A DNA stretch of 64,000 bases from sequence record OP168898.1. One strand, written 5' to 3'. Positions 48,705 to 59,681 of the stretch are shown in pieces. A program made the translations under genes and the position numbers. This stretch comes from Escherichia phage ZCEC14. Every line of letters starts with the position of its first letter. Positions within the stretch are counted from its first letter, which is position 1. The notes beneath the pieces are model-generated. The model saw only the letters and a program-made list of their open reading frames with translations. It ran no database searches and had not been told where the DNA came from.

Positions 48705-50683
48705 TGTGATATAGGCTCCAAATCGATAGTTAAGTATTGCGGACGTAAATCATTTTCAAATACAATCAGTGAACCATCACGGGTAAAGATAACATCATCG
48801 GTTGGATCAGAATATAATTCAATAGTCTGAACCTCAAATTTTTCAGATGTTAAATTAATTTTAGCGATATTCCAATAAATCATGTCAGCCGGATAATTTA
48901 TTTCACCGATAACATAGTATTTGTCGCGTCCATCAGAATTTGCTAATTTATTAAAATCATTGCCTGTATATGGCTGAATGTTTTCATTTTCTGTAACATC
49001 GCCAGAAGCAAATGGACCAATAATAACTTTACCAATTCCTTTAGAATCTCGGTCTGTTGATACTATACGAACGTCATATAATACATCTTCTTCTAAACCA
49101 GTATCAGGATTTACAACCTTTCGTCCAGAATTAAATGAAAACGTATTAGATTCCATAGAACGATCTTTTATTTGATTATTGTATTTAATACCTGCTTCAG
49201 GTGTTTTATAGAAGTTTTGTACTTCACGAACCATTTGAATAGTCGCTGATGAACCAATGACAGAATGATCTGCATCATCTACATAAGTTAACATCTTAGA
49301 TTTAGCGAAAGACGAGTTAAAAATTTCTACATCTTCGGTATAATAGCGATCAATTTTATCAATTATTTGACCTTCAAGCCACTGCTCGGATTCTTGCAGT
49401 TTATTTAAAGCATATGTGACTTTTAAATTAGTCTTAATAAAAAGATAATTAGGAGAAATAATTGATGGTGTAATAGGAGCCAAATTATAATCTTTGAGAT
49501 AATTTTTAATATCTTCACGCTGTACGGTAGTTAAATACAGACCTGATTTAGGTTTAGCAGCAATAAATGCATACCCAGGTTTAGTAGAATCAGTGAAAGT
49601 CTGAACTGCCTGAATAATAGAACCGAATCTCTCTGAAACGAATGTATCATAGTCAGTCGCAGTTACGCATCGTTGCTGGGTTTCGCGTTTAATAGTACCC
49701 AATTCGCGAATACGCTCAATATCTTCTGGATCACCGCCTCCATCTGCCCCAACAAAATCTGGGTCACCGTTTGGATTTTCATTAATATTGATGACAGTTA
49801 TATTTGTTAATGTATCTGCGTATGAAAATCCGACTGCTCCGTTCGCGTCAGCACCATTAGTACTAATGTACTCAATAACAATCGTAGAGTTCTGAGTAGG
49901 TTTAAGACCTCCAATATAATTAGCAGTCAAAGCTCCTTCAGAAGCATTAACAGAAATTTCACCTTCGCCAAAATAGAATTCAGTGTTTCCATCAATAGTT
50001 TCACGCATATAATAAATTGTTGATGTAGAACCAGCATGAACCATTGACTTTCTCGTCCAGTTAATCCATTCCGCTCCATCAACATATAATTTAACCTGGT
50101 TTCTATCAATATTTTTATCATAAATGATAATAGGCGTTAATTTATCATAAATGATTTCAGTTCTTACTATACGTCCCTGGGCCAATTTTAAACGCGGAAA
50201 ATATTGGTTATTTTTATCACGAATAGCAATAACGTCTTCAGTAGAAACGAAGTTATATGGATTAACAGAAGTATCTTTTGCATATGCTAAAAAGCGAGTT
50301 CCGCGAGGAATTGTAATGTAATTTCTATTCAATGCGTCTGTACAAGTTAGCATAATTTCAGTTTGAGCAGCTGATTTTGAAGTAGGTAAATATCCGTTAT
50401 CTTGTGCAGCTTGAACAACTGAACTTCGTAAGTTAGCAGTACGCATAAAGCTTTCATATACAGCAGCATTACCAAACTGCTGAATGTACAGCGTATTATA
50501 AGCCAAAAGGTCACACAGAACGTTTAATCTTGAGCCTTCAAAATCATAATCCAAAAATTCATTTTGGCCATTAAGCCATTCAATGAGGTTTTGTTTTATT
50601 TCAGCAAACGTACCCCCGACGAATATCTCGGGAATAGCATTTGCTGTTCTTGTTAATTGATAATTTACAGGGGTATTTGCCAT
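48701..50683 (-). CDS. 6: Baseplate wedge gp6-like (660 aa)
   Basis: Synteny and length. Confidence 0.85.
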   Translation of the reverse strand: MANTPVNYQLTRTANAIPEIFVGGTFAEIKQNLIEWLNGQNEFLDYDFEGSRLNVLCDLLAYNTLYIQQFGNAAVYESFMRTANLRSSVVQAAQDNGYLPTSKSAAQTEIMLTCTDALNRNYITIPRGTRFLAYAKDTSVNPYNFVSTEDVIAIRDKNNQYFPRLKLAQGRIVRTEIIYDKLTPIIIYDKNIDRNQVKLYVDGAEWINWTRKSMVHAGSTSTIYYMRETIDGNTEFYFGEGEISVNASEGALTANYIGGLKPTQNSTIVIEYISTNGADANGAVGFSYADTLTNITVININENPNGDPDFVGADGGGDPEDIERIRELGTIKRETQQRCVTATDYDTFVSERFGSIIQAVQTFTDSTKPGYAFIAAKPKSGLYLTTVQREDIKNYLKDYNLAPITPSIISPNYLFIKTNLKVTYALNKLQESEQWLEGQIIDKIDRYYTEDVEIFNSSFAKSKMLTYVDDADHSVIGSSATIQMVREVQNFYKTPEAGIKYNNQIKDRSMESNTFSFNSGRKVVNPDTGLEEDVLYDVRIVSTDRDSKGIGKVIIGPFASGDVTENENIQPYTGNDFNKLANSDGRDKYYVIGEINYPADMIYWNIAKINLTSEKFEVQTIELYSDPTDDVIFTRDGSLIVFENDLRPQYLTIDLEPISQ

Positions 50684-50691
50684 TTTAAATC

Positions 50692-50985
50692 CTATTTAAT
50701 GAATACTTTAGATGATGCCTGAGCCACAGTATCACCACATGATATTGGATCAGCCATTTGAACAGCTTTCTTTCCAGTGACATATACCTTAGAAGTTCTG
50801 GGTTGTGTCACTCCGCCATGTGTTTCATATGGCTTTTTAATTTCTGTATGTTCTGTAATTGGATCGCCTGCTACTAGAACAGCAATTCCTCCAGTGAATA
50901 CTTTACTTTGCGTAGCATTCACAACTGTTGGAGGCCATGCTTCATGGCCAGCAGTAACACACTTATCATAGCTTAATCCTGACAT
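50692..50985 (-). CDS. 5.4: gp5.4-like PAAR-type spike tip protein (97 aa)
   Basis: Length, Gly/Thr/Val-rich, position next to gene 5. Confidence 0.75.
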
Positions 50986-51543
50986 TTATTGCCTCTCATA
51001 TACGTAGCTTCTCAATTTATTAGCCCAACGGCTCCAATTTCCAACTATAGTTTTTGTGTAATTTTTAACGAGAGTTTTTCTTATTGGAGCAGGAGGATCC
51101 GTTGGTTCAGTAGTATCAGAAGATGACCTAGAATTACTGCCAGAACCTCCAGATTCACTTTGTTCTTGGTAGTCATATATTAATGTTACTTCATAAGTGA
51201 ATGTCTTCTGGAGGTTTTGAGGAGCTTTCCATAGATATAACTGAGTATTAGAATCAGTTGGAAGGTCTTCCCATGAAGCAGCAGTTTTAAATTCATTATC
51301 TAAACGATATTTCAATGCGTCATTTCCAAATCCAAATACAGATTCATATGTTCCATATAAGCGATTTTCTTCTACTAAAACCCCAGGAGTTTCTTCGTAA
51401 CTAGTTATATTTATAGATACTAACGTTTCACCTGTTTCTAATTGAGCGGTAAAGGTGACGTCGATAGAAGAACCTTCCATGGATTCTCCTAAATCAGCGC
51501 TCATTGGAAGTATATTAGCCAATGTCAATCCTCGATCCATCAA
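50986..51543 (-). CDS. 5.1: gp5.1-like protein (185 aa)
   Basis: Synteny and length. Confidence 0.7.
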
Positions 51544-53242
51544 TTGTGTATTGACCAGATGAAATAGAACTCATAGATGCCATTTTTTCTGTCCAATCAC
51601 CACCAACGTCCCAATCAACTGTTCCAGCAACTTTCCAAGAAAGATTTCCATTTACTGTATTAGTCTGATTTCCTTCAACTAAAGTGGTAGCATCTCCTTT
51701 AACTGTAATGTCAGCATTACCTTCAACTACAATAGTAACATTACCTTTAACTAGGATAGTTCCATTACCTTCAACCGTCTTAGTTTCATCGCCACGTACA
51801 AATATTGTATTGCTTCCATCTATTTGGTGAAGACGATTATCCATGTTGTAATAAATTTCTGATCCACCGACGTTAGTCTTTTTATCACCGGCTACCAAAA
51901 AATTACCATCAGCGTTGGTTATATCATACAAATTATCAACAGTTTTTCTTGTTCTTCTTCCTGACGGTGATACTTCTTCATAAGTTCCAGTTGGATGAAC
52001 TAATCTATATCGTTCTTGCCCAGGGGTATCATCAAATTCTTGGATATGTCCGCTTTCAGTTTCCATTGTATGCACATAAGGATATTCACCCTTATATGAA
52101 GAAACTGGCTCTTTAAATAAAATTCTCGAGTCATTTGGAATAGGAGGGTCAGCAGGGTCAGAAGATTTAGCTACAGTAGCAGCCATTGCTGATAAAGACC
52201 TAGCTGGGGTTTTCACTTCAACACCATATGATTCCAAATTTCCCGTAAGAATAATCATGGTAACACGGGATGCACGGCCTTTTGTTTGTTGATACCACAA
52301 TGAATCACGACCAGCTTTATATGCTTTTTCCCAATCTCCTGTTAACATAGCAGTTAACATTGTGTTAAATTTAGCTACACCACCAACACCCATCTGAAAT
52401 GCCATATTTTCTAATGCCATTTGACGAGAACGGTTGACAGCTTGCCAGACTGGTCCTACTTTAGAATGTGATTTAATGTCACGTTGCATATCAGCCAAAT
52501 CACGCTCAAATAAAGTCGTCGCCTCTTCCATTGTAATAGAACCTGGATTTCCTGTAATTTCACGACCAACTTGTTTTGATAAAACTTTATTAATTTGAGC
52601 CATATCACGAACTGGCTGCTTCATAATAAGATGACCAATACCAATTGTCGGATATCCTTCTGTATCCCAATAAACTTTTAGTCTTAATCCTTCATCACGG
52701 CGAAGCATTTCAGCCATTGACATATTTGGATTATCATCAGTTGGAATTTCTGATAGTGGTCTATCATCTGGATTTATTGCAGTGTCTAGATTGCTATCTT
52801 GGATAATGTTAGAAGACGAATCATATCCTACTTCTCCGCCTTGGTTTAATACGTTAGTATCATTTCCTAGACGTCTAGGATACTGTCCAGTTGGGTCAGA
52901 AAATCCTTCAAGTCTATTAGGTTTTTCGCGAACTATCCCGCCATACGTGCCAAGGACAATTCCGTTAGTTTTCCATTTGTCTAAAAAATGACCATAAACT
53001 CTAGTTCCTTCTACCGGACCAGTAACGGAGCCTCCAATTCCAGACATTGCTGCAGAAGTTATAGGTTGAATAACTGACATCCATGGTAATTTATCAGTTG
53101 GAATACCCATTACATCACCTTGTGCTCTTTGAGGCGGATGCAGACCAACCACACGAACACGAACACGACCTAATTTTAATGGGTCCATTCTATCTTCAAC
53201 AACACCAACAAACCAATTGAGGTTATTACTTATCATTTCCAT
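51515..53242 (-). CDS. 5: Baseplate hub + tail lysozyme gp5-like (575 aa)
   Basis: Internal lysozyme-like segment EMLRRDEGLRLKVYWDTEGYPTIGIGH; C-terminal VxGxxxxx beta-helix repeats. Confidence 0.9.
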   Translation of the reverse strand: MEMISNNLNWFVGVVEDRMDPLKLGRVRVRVVGLHPPQRAQGDVMGIPTDKLPWMSVIQPITSAAMSGIGGSVTGPVEGTRVYGHFLDKWKTNGIVLGTYGGIVREKPNRLEGFSDPTGQYPRRLGNDTNVLNQGGEVGYDSSSNIIQDSNLDTAINPDDRPLSEIPTDDNPNMSMAEMLRRDEGLRLKVYWDTEGYPTIGIGHLIMKQPVRDMAQINKVLSKQVGREITGNPGSITMEEATTLFERDLADMQRDIKSHSKVGPVWQAVNRSRQMALENMAFQMGVGGVAKFNTMLTAMLTGDWEKAYKAGRDSLWYQQTKGRASRVTMIILTGNLESYGVEVKTPARSLSAMAATVAKSSDPADPPIPNDSRILFKEPVSSYKGEYPYVHTMETESGHIQEFDDTPGQERYRLVHPTGTYEEVSPSGRRTRKTVDNLYDITNADGNFLVAGDKKTNVGGSEIYYNMDNRLHQIDGSNTIFVRGDETKTVEGNGTILVKGNVTIVVEGNADITVKGDATTLVEGNQTNTVNGNLSWKVAGTVDWDVGGDWTEKMASMSSISSGQYTIDGSRIDIG

Positions 53243-53816
53243 AAGATTTCTCCATTATACGTATAAGGTCGTTCATAAATGAATTGATGTCTGATTTTGC
53301 TATTATTTTTATTTGACGAAGTTTTTCATTTTCAAGAACAGCCGCTTCATACGTATCGACCGCAGCAAGTGCTCCTTCATATTGAGGATATTTTCTAGCT
53401 TTATCGCCTTTGTCATACCAAACATGTGGATTATCATCGTATGATACTAAATTATAAAATTTTTCACCATTCTCATTCACGTGATATACTATTTGGTCTC
53501 CACCTACATTTTTGTATTTTTGTATAGATGCTTGATAAGCTGCTTCTTGTGAAGTAATCCATCCATAATATGGATCATAATTATCATTACACATCAATAA
53601 AACCCAATACAACTGCGGATTTCCATATATAGCATTTGCTAATTCTTCCGGGCGTGGTGAACCTTTGATATAATAAGTACGTAAGCGGTATCCCGCAAGA
53701 GCACGTTTAAAATAGTCTTTATAGTTTCTAAAAATATCTGTCATAGGAATAGTCGGCGCGTTTTTATTCACCGTTTTGGCCGCATATTCAATCGGATCAA
53801 AAAATGTAAAGAGCAT
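53226..53816 (-). CDS. 53: Baseplate wedge gp53-like (196 aa)
   Basis: Synteny and length. Confidence 0.85.
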   Translation of the reverse strand: MLFTFFDPIEYAAKTVNKNAPTIPMTDIFRNYKDYFKRALAGYRLRTYYIKGSPRPEELANAIYGNPQLYWVLLMCNDNYDPYYGWITSQEAAYQASIQKYKNVGGDQIVYHVNENGEKFYNLVSYDDNPHVWYDKGDKARKYPQYEGALAAVDTYEAAVLENEKLRQIKIIAKSDINSFMNDLIRIMEKSYGNDK

Positions 53817-53829
53817 GGGCCCTCCTGTT

Positions 53830-53837
53830 TATAAATA
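53830..53837 (+). promoter_or_regulatory. Late promoter TATAAATA upstream of gene 4
   Basis: Exact motif 27 nt upstream of ATG 53864. Confidence 0.5.
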
Positions 53838-53844
53838 TATTATC

Positions 53845-53852
53845 TATTTATA
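53845..53852 (-). promoter_or_regulatory. Late promoter TATAAATA (minus) upstream of gene 53
   Basis: tatttata on + strand; divergent from the + promoter. Confidence 0.45.
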
Positions 53853-53863
53853 AGGAGAATCCA

Positions 53864-54316
53864 ATGGCATATTCTGGAAAATGGGTTCCTAAAAATATAT
53901 CAAAATATAGAGGTGACCCTAAAAAAATTACGTATAGATCAAATTGGGAAAAATTCTTTTTTGAATGGTTAGATAAAAATCCAGAAATTATTGCATGGGG
54001 TAGTGAAACAGCAGTAATTCCTTATTTTTGTAATGCAGAAGGGAAAAAACGTAGATACTTCATGGATATTTGGATGAAAGATTCTTCTGGACAAGAATTT
54101 TTTATTGAAATAAAACCTAAAAAAGAAACACAACCACCAGTTAAACCGGCACATCTAACAACTGCAGCGAAGAAAAGATTTATGAATGAAATTTATACAT
54201 ATTCTGTTAATACTGACAAATGGAAAGCAGCACAATCTTTAGCTGAAAAGCGTGGAATAAAATTTAGAATTCTAACAGAAGATGGATTACGAGCTCTTGG
54301 CTTTAAGGGGGCATAA
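53864..54316 (+). CDS. 4: Head completion protein gp4-like (150 aa)
   Basis: Synteny and length. Confidence 0.85.
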
Positions 54317-55140
54317 TGGCTATTTTTCAAATAATTAATGAAAGCACTCCCCAAGTTCCAAAGGTTAAGCAATCATTAAACGAGAAGAAATGGATTCAGA
54401 TAGGTCTTGAATATAAAAAGGCCAAAGCAAAAGGAATGACAGGAAAGCAATTTGCTGAAGAAAGAGGAATCAAATACTCTACGTTTACTTCAGCAATGTC
54501 AAAATATGCTTCAGGAATTAAAACGGCTGAAAAGATTCAAAAGCTTGAATCAAAACCAATGAATAAACTCAATAAGCAAGAAAGACAACTGCTTATGATA
54601 AATTCATTCAGACAAACATTGCGTGATAAAATTCGTAATGAAGGTGCAGCAATTAATAATAAAACCAGAAAGTGGTTTGCTGAAACTATTAAGCAAGTAA
54701 AAGGACATAAAGTTGTTCGCCCGCAGCCGGGACGAATATATGCTTTTGCTTATGATGCTAAACACAAGGAAACTCTTCCTTACTGGGATAAATTTCCTTT
54801 GATAATTTACCTTGGTTTAGGTAAGCATAATTTAATGTACGGATTAAACTTGCACTATATTCCACCTAAAGCTCGTCAGCAATTCCTAGAAGAGCTTTTA
54901 AAGCAATATGCAAATACACCTACTATTACTAATAAAACGAAATTAAAAATTGATTGGAGTCAAGTGAAAGGATTTAGGGGTGCAGACCAAATGATTAAGG
55001 CATATATACCTGGTAATATTATGGGTAGCCTTGTTGAAATCGCCCCGAAAGACTGGGCGAACGTTGTGTTGATGCCACTTCAGCAGTTCGTTTCAAAAGG
55101 AAAACGTTTCTCTGCAAACAAAGTCTGGTCAAATATCTAA
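54316..55140 (+). CDS. 2: DNA end protector gp2-like (274 aa)
   Basis: Synteny and length. Confidence 0.85.
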
Positions 55141-55246
55141 TTCTATTATCTTCCATTCTTTTCTGTTGTTTGTTCTAAATGAAATTGAATGGAAGGGACT
55201 TAGACCCATTATACCACCAACAGTTATAAAGCATTATGAGGAATAT

Positions 55247-55777
55247 ATGTCGCAAGCTCTGCAACAAATTTTTAACCAAGCAAATACAACTAACTTTGTA
55301 GTATCAATACCACATAGTAATACTACATCTGCTTTTACTTTAAATGCTCAGTCAGTTCCTATTCCAGGAATTAGAATACCTGTTACTGATACCGTGACTG
55401 GGCCGTTTGGACTGGGCCGAGCACAACGTCCAGGTGTTACATTCGAGTATGATCCACTCATTGTGAGATTTATAGTTGATGAAGAACTTAAGTCGTGGAT
55501 AGGAATGTATGAATGGATGCTAGGAACTAGCAACTATCTTACAGGTGAAAATACTGCTCAAAAAACAGGTCCTGAATACATTACGCTTTACATCTTAGAT
55601 AATAGCAAAACTGAAATCGTGATGTCAATAAATTTTTATAAGCCTTGGGTTTCTGACCTGTCTGAAGTAGAATTTAGCTACACAGAAGATTCAGACCCGG
55701 CTTTAGTATGTACAGCAACGATTCCTTATACGTATTTTCAAGTAGAAAAAGATGGCAAAATTATAGCAGAAGTTTAA
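55247..55777 (+). CDS. 3: Tail completion / sheath stabiliser gp3-like (176 aa from MSQALQQ; track ORF extends 27 codons upstream)
   Basis: Length matches T4 gp3 when started at the internal ATG. Confidence 0.75.
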   Translation: MSQALQQIFNQANTTNFVVSIPHSNTTSAFTLNAQSVPIPGIRIPVTDTVTGPFGLGRAQRPGVTFEYDPLIVRFIVDEELKSWIGMYEWMLGTSNYLTGENTAQKTGPEYITLYILDNSKTEIVMSINFYKPWVSDLSEVEFSYTEDSDPALVCTATIPYTYFQVEKDGKIIAEV

Positions 55778-55801
55778 TGCTTCAGTTTCATGTGTTATAA
55801 T
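55776..55801 (+). promoter_or_regulatory. Middle-type promoter: MotA-box-like aatgcttca plus tgtgtTATAAT
   Basis: Motifs about 11 nt apart, upstream of gene 1. Confidence 0.5.
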
Positions 55802-55826
55802 CTTAACTAAATTTGAGGAGAAACAT

Positions 55827-56551
55827 ATGAAACTAATCTTTTTAAGTGGTGTAAAGCGTAGTGGAAAAGATACTACTGCAGATTTTATCATGAATAATTA
55901 TTCTGCAGCTAAATATCAACTTGCTGGTCCTATTAAAGATGCATTGGCTTATGCATGGGGCGTGTTTGCTGCAAACACTGACTATCCTTGCTTAACTCGT
56001 AAAGAGTTTGAAGGAATTGACTATGATCGTGAGACTAATTTAAATCTGACTAAATTAGAAGTAATCACGATTATGGAACAAGCATTTTGCTATCTTAATG
56101 GTAAAAGCCCAATTAAGGGTGTGTTTGTTTTTGATGACGAAGGACAAGAATCAGTTAATTCCGTAGCATTTAACAAGATTATTGACGTTATAAATAATAT
56201 TGAAGATCAATGGTCAGTCCGTCGTCTGATGCAAGCCCTAGGTACGGATTTGATTGTTAATAACTTCGACCGCATGTATTGGGTAAAATTATTTGCTTTA
56301 GATTATCTTGATAAATTTAACTCAGGTTATGATTATTATATCGTTCCTGATACCCGTCAAGATCATGAAATGGATGCGGCTAGGGCGATGGGTGCTACAG
56401 TAATTCATGTAGTTCGTCCTGGTCAAAAATCCAATGATACACATATTACAGAAGCTGGATTGCCAATTCGTGATGGCGATTTAGTAATTACAAACGATGG
56501 TTCTCTTGAAGAACTTTTTTCTAAAATTAAAAATACACTAAAGGTACTATA

Positions 56552-56552
<1 letters not shown>
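55827..56552 (+). CDS. 1: Deoxynucleoside monophosphate kinase gp1-like (241 aa)
   Basis: P-loop-like SGVKRSGKDT at N-terminus; length equals T4 gp1. Confidence 0.85.
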
Positions 56553-57237
<685 letters not shown>

Positions 57238-57248
57238 TTTCACAAAGT

Positions 57249-57282
57249 TGTTTACATACTGATGAGGTAGTGATACTATTAT
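57249..57282 (+). promoter_or_regulatory. Early promoter cassette (GTTTAC; stem gatgag/ctcatc around gtgatactatta)
   Basis: Shared motif family, upstream of 57310. Confidence 0.55.
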
Positions 57283-57309
57283 CTCATCAAAATTAATTAG
57301 GAAAATAAA

Positions 57310-57618
57310 ATGAAAACATTTAAAGAATTTATCAATGAAGCGGCTGCGCCAAAGACATTCGTTATTAATACTCAGACGAGTCTTGACGATGAGTATGCAG
57401 AGGCAATTCTGAAGTCACTTGCTAAGAACGGCGTTGAAGTAATCGCTTCGGACTTTAAGAAAGGGGCTTCCGAGATGTTTATTTCTATAACTAAAGGATC
57501 TAAAGCTAAGATCAAATCATCATTCGGAGTTGCTCGTACCGATCAAATCGACAATCATGACTTTAAACAAACTGGCGTTAAACGGCAGAACACAATTGCA
57601 TCACGCGGAATAAAATAG
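57310..57618 (+). CDS. Internal-protein-like small basic protein (102 aa) with capsid-targeting-like N-terminus MKTFKEFINEA
   Basis: N-terminus resembles T4 IP capsid-targeting sequence (MKTYQEFIAEA as recalled) with an I-x-E gp21-cleavage-like site. Confidence 0.65.
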   Translation: MKTFKEFINEAAAPKTFVINTQTSLDDEYAEAILKSLAKNGVEVIASDFKKGASEMFISITKGSKAKIKSSFGVARTDQIDNHDFKQTGVKRQNTIASRGIK

Positions 57619-57628
57619 TTTATAAACC

Positions 57629-57660
57629 GTTTACTTTTAGATGGGGTAGTGATACTATTA
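57629..57660 (+). promoter_or_regulatory. Early promoter cassette (GTTTAC; stem gggta/taccc around gtgatactat)
   Basis: Downstream 45 nt nearly identical to cassette at 57913. Confidence 0.55.
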
Positions 57661-57686
57661 CCCTATCAACTACTGAGGAGAATAAA

Positions 57687-57909
57687 ATGAAAACATCTAA
57701 AGAATTTATTGTAGAAGCTAAAAGACGCGAAGACGAACTGCCTTTTGTTTCAAAAACCTTTGATGGAACATTGTCTGATTTTAAAAAATTCCTAATGATA
57801 AACTTGCTAAATTGGTTGGTTCTATCAGTGAAAAAGGTGGCAAGGTCACATTTTCTGCTCAAGGTGTTGCCAATCTTAAAAAACTTTTGAAAGCCGCTGG
57901 TGTTGAATA
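57687..57909 (+). CDS. Internal-protein-like ORF (MKTSKEFIVEA...) interrupted by a frameshift at an A6 run (57783-57788); continues in another frame to TAA 57907-57909
   Basis: With A7 instead of A6 the frame reads ...DFKKIPNDKLAKLVGSISEKGGKVTFSAQGVANLKKLLKAAGVE; the track ORF tail LMINLLNWLVLSV looks out-of-frame. Confidence 0.5.
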
Positions 57910-57912
57910 AAT

Positions 57913-57944
57913 CGTTTACATAGGGTTTTAGTTGTGATACTATT
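57913..57944 (+). promoter_or_regulatory. Early promoter cassette (GTTTAC; gtgatactattaccc)
   Basis: Near-identical to cassette at 57629. Confidence 0.55.
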
Positions 57945-57971
57945 ACCCTATCAACTACTGAGGAGAATAAA

Positions 57972-58157
57972 ATGAAACGTTGTGAATTAATTCGAAATGT
58001 TGCTATTGCAATTTCTGCTTCCGCTTTTAGTTTTTCAATGTTTGTTGGATTTATATGTGGATTATTAACTACAGCAGAAAATGTGTTTTCACTTGTAGTA
58101 GCATTTTTAATTGGTTTAATTGCTATCGTTATGGATAAAATTTCTAAAGGTGAATAG
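57972..58157 (+). CDS. Small membrane protein (61 aa, two predicted TM helices)
   Basis: Hydrophobic segments AIAISASAFSFSMFVGFICGLL and FSLVVAFLIGLIAIVM. Confidence 0.55.
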   Translation: MKRCELIRNVAIAISASAFSFSMFVGFICGLLTTAENVFSLVVAFLIGLIAIVMDKISKGE

Positions 58158-58158
58158 A

Positions 58159-58539
58159 ATGTATAAAGTGTACGCGGATTATCAGGCTAATCCATCTGAA
58201 AAGCCAGGTTGTCAAATTGGATGGGCTCATGATACTTTACTTGAAGCAGTAGATGCTGCTCAAAAATTGGGATATAAATATGTAGAGATTGTTCAACCGT
58301 CAGGAAAAGTTATTACTCTTGAAGAGTTCAATAACATTAAACCGAACTTTTTACTTTTTGCAGGTGATAATTATTATCCTCGTGGTGGATATGCTGATTT
58401 AATCGCGAAAGCCGCCACTGAAGATGAACTCCGTGACATTATCAAAGAAAATGAAAACAAACCAGATTATGGTTCCAATCGCTTTGATTGGTGGCAAATT
58501 GTAAATGCCAATACGCATACTATTGTTGATGAAGGTTGA
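58159..58539 (+). CDS. Hypothetical protein (126 aa from ATG 58159)
   Basis: ORF with RBS aaaggtgaatagaATG; track start 58120 is less likely. Confidence 0.55.
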   Translation: MYKVYADYQANPSEKPGCQIGWAHDTLLEAVDAAQKLGYKYVEIVQPSGKVITLEEFNNIKPNFLLFAGDNYYPRGGYADLIAKAATEDELRDIIKENENKPDYGSNRFDWWQIVNANTHTIVDEG

Positions 58540-58829
58540 TAATGATTCTTTATGCTAAAGTATCGTCTATTGAAAATGGATATAAATATGATCAAGACGC
58601 GGCTAAAGCCTTGATTGATGATTATGGCATTTTAACATGTTTTGAAGTTGAAAAAGTTTATATTGACCGTTCATCTTCTCAAGTTAAATTAGTGAAAGAA
58701 GACCGTAAATTTAACACAGTTAACTTTGATTTCTTTATTGAAACGGAAAAAGGTCCTCTTGAATATGATATTTTCAAGAATCCTTTGGGTCTTGAATGTA
58801 TCGTAAATACGTATCATCATAAATGGTAA
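58536..58829 (+). CDS. Hypothetical protein (97 aa)
   Basis: ORF with ATGA overlap. Confidence 0.5.
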   Translation: MIMILYAKVSSIENGYKYDQDAAKALIDDYGILTCFEVEKVYIDRSSSQVKLVKEDRKFNTVNFDFFIETEKGPLEYDIFKNPLGLECIVNTYHHKW

Positions 58830-58926
58830 ATATGCTTTAAGAATTATTTGTTATTATTAACTCATACCGCACTGATTAATACCCTCTATCATCAAGGGTT
58901 CTTGTTTGAGAGCCTTTGTTAATAAT

Positions 58927-58999
58927 TGGGAATTAGCCAAGTTGGTAAGGCACTGGATTTTGATTCCAGGATGCAAAGGTTCGAGTCCTTTATTCCCAG
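58927..58999 (+). tRNA. tRNA-Gln (anticodon UUG)
   Basis: Cloverleaf: acceptor tgggaat/attccca, anticodon loop ttttgat, T-arm ggttcgagtcc. Confidence 0.85.
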
Positions 59000-59000
59000 C

Positions 59001-59087
59001 GCGAGAATGGTCAAATTGGTAAAGGCACAGCACTTAAAATGCTGCGGAATGATTTCCTTGTGGGTTCGAGTCCCACTTCTCGCACCA
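59001..59087 (+). tRNA. tRNA-Leu (anticodon UAA), class II long variable arm, CCA encoded
   Basis: Acceptor gcgagaa/ttctcgc, anticodon stem cagca/tgctg with loop cttaaaa. Confidence 0.85.
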
Positions 59088-59092
59088 AATTT

Positions 59093-59166
<74 letters not shown>

Positions 59167-59176
59167 ATTTAATTTA

Positions 59177-59250
59177 CTCCGTGTAGCTCAGTTTGGTAGA
59201 GCGCCTGATTTGGGATCAGGAGGTCCAAGGTTCAAATCCTTGTATGGAGA
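59177..59250 (+). tRNA. tRNA-Pro (anticodon UGG)
   Basis: Anticodon stem cctga/tcagg, loop tttggga; T-arm ggttcaaatcc. Confidence 0.8.
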
Positions 59251-59252
59251 CT

Positions 59253-59342
59253 GGAGGCGTGGCAGAGTGGTTTAATGCACCGGTCTTGAAAACCGGCAGT
59301 CGCTCCGGCGACTCATAGGTTCAAATCCTATCGCCTCCGCCA
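59253..59342 (+). tRNA. tRNA-Ser (anticodon UGA), long variable arm
   Basis: Acceptor ggaggcg/cgcctcc, anticodon stem ccggt/accgg, loop cttgaaa. Confidence 0.85.
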
Positions 59343-59347
59343 GTTTT

Positions 59348-59423
59348 GCTGATTTAGCTCAGTAGGTAGAGCAACTCACTTGTAATGAGAAGGTCGGCGG
59401 TTCGATTCCGTCAATCAGCACCA
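59348..59423 (+). tRNA. tRNA-Thr (anticodon UGU)
   Basis: Acceptor gctgatt/aatcagc, anticodon loop cttgtaa. Confidence 0.85.
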
Positions 59424-59424
59424 A

Positions 59425-59499
59425 GGCCCTGTAGCTGGAAGGTTCAAGCAAGCGACTCATAATCGCCAGATGGTGGTTCAATTCCACCCAGGGCCACCA
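59425..59499 (+). tRNA. tRNA with CAU anticodon (Ile2-type if lysidine-modified, otherwise Met)
   Basis: Acceptor ggccctg/cagggcc, anticodon loop ctcataa. Confidence 0.75.
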
Positions 59500-59511
59500 A
59501 ATTATGAATTA

Positions 59512-59598
59512 GGGGAGTTATCCCGTAGAGGTAGCGGTGTGGACTGTAAATCCATTGTCATTGCGACTCGGGTGGTTCGACTCCATCACTCCCCACCA
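59512..59598 (+). tRNA. tRNA-Tyr (anticodon GUA), long variable arm
   Basis: Acceptor ggggagt/actcccc, anticodon stem tgga/tcca, loop ctgtaaa. Confidence 0.75.
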
Positions 59599-59602
59599 AT
59601 TT

Positions 59603-59677
59603 GGATGTGTAGCTCAATGGCAGAGCGATCGCCTGTTAAGCGATTGGTTATAGGTTCGAATCCTATCACGTCCGCCA
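59603..59677 (+). tRNA. tRNA-Asn (anticodon GUU)
   Basis: Acceptor ggatgtg/cacgtcc (G-U pair), anticodon loop ctgttaa, T-arm ggttcgaatcc. Confidence 0.75.
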
Positions 59678-59681
59678 AATC

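Noticed and set aside
55166-55246. N-terminal extension of gp3 (track start 55166)
   Set aside because: The internal ATG at 55247 gives the T4-like 176-aa length and N-terminus MSQALQQ; the upstream extension is probably untranslated.
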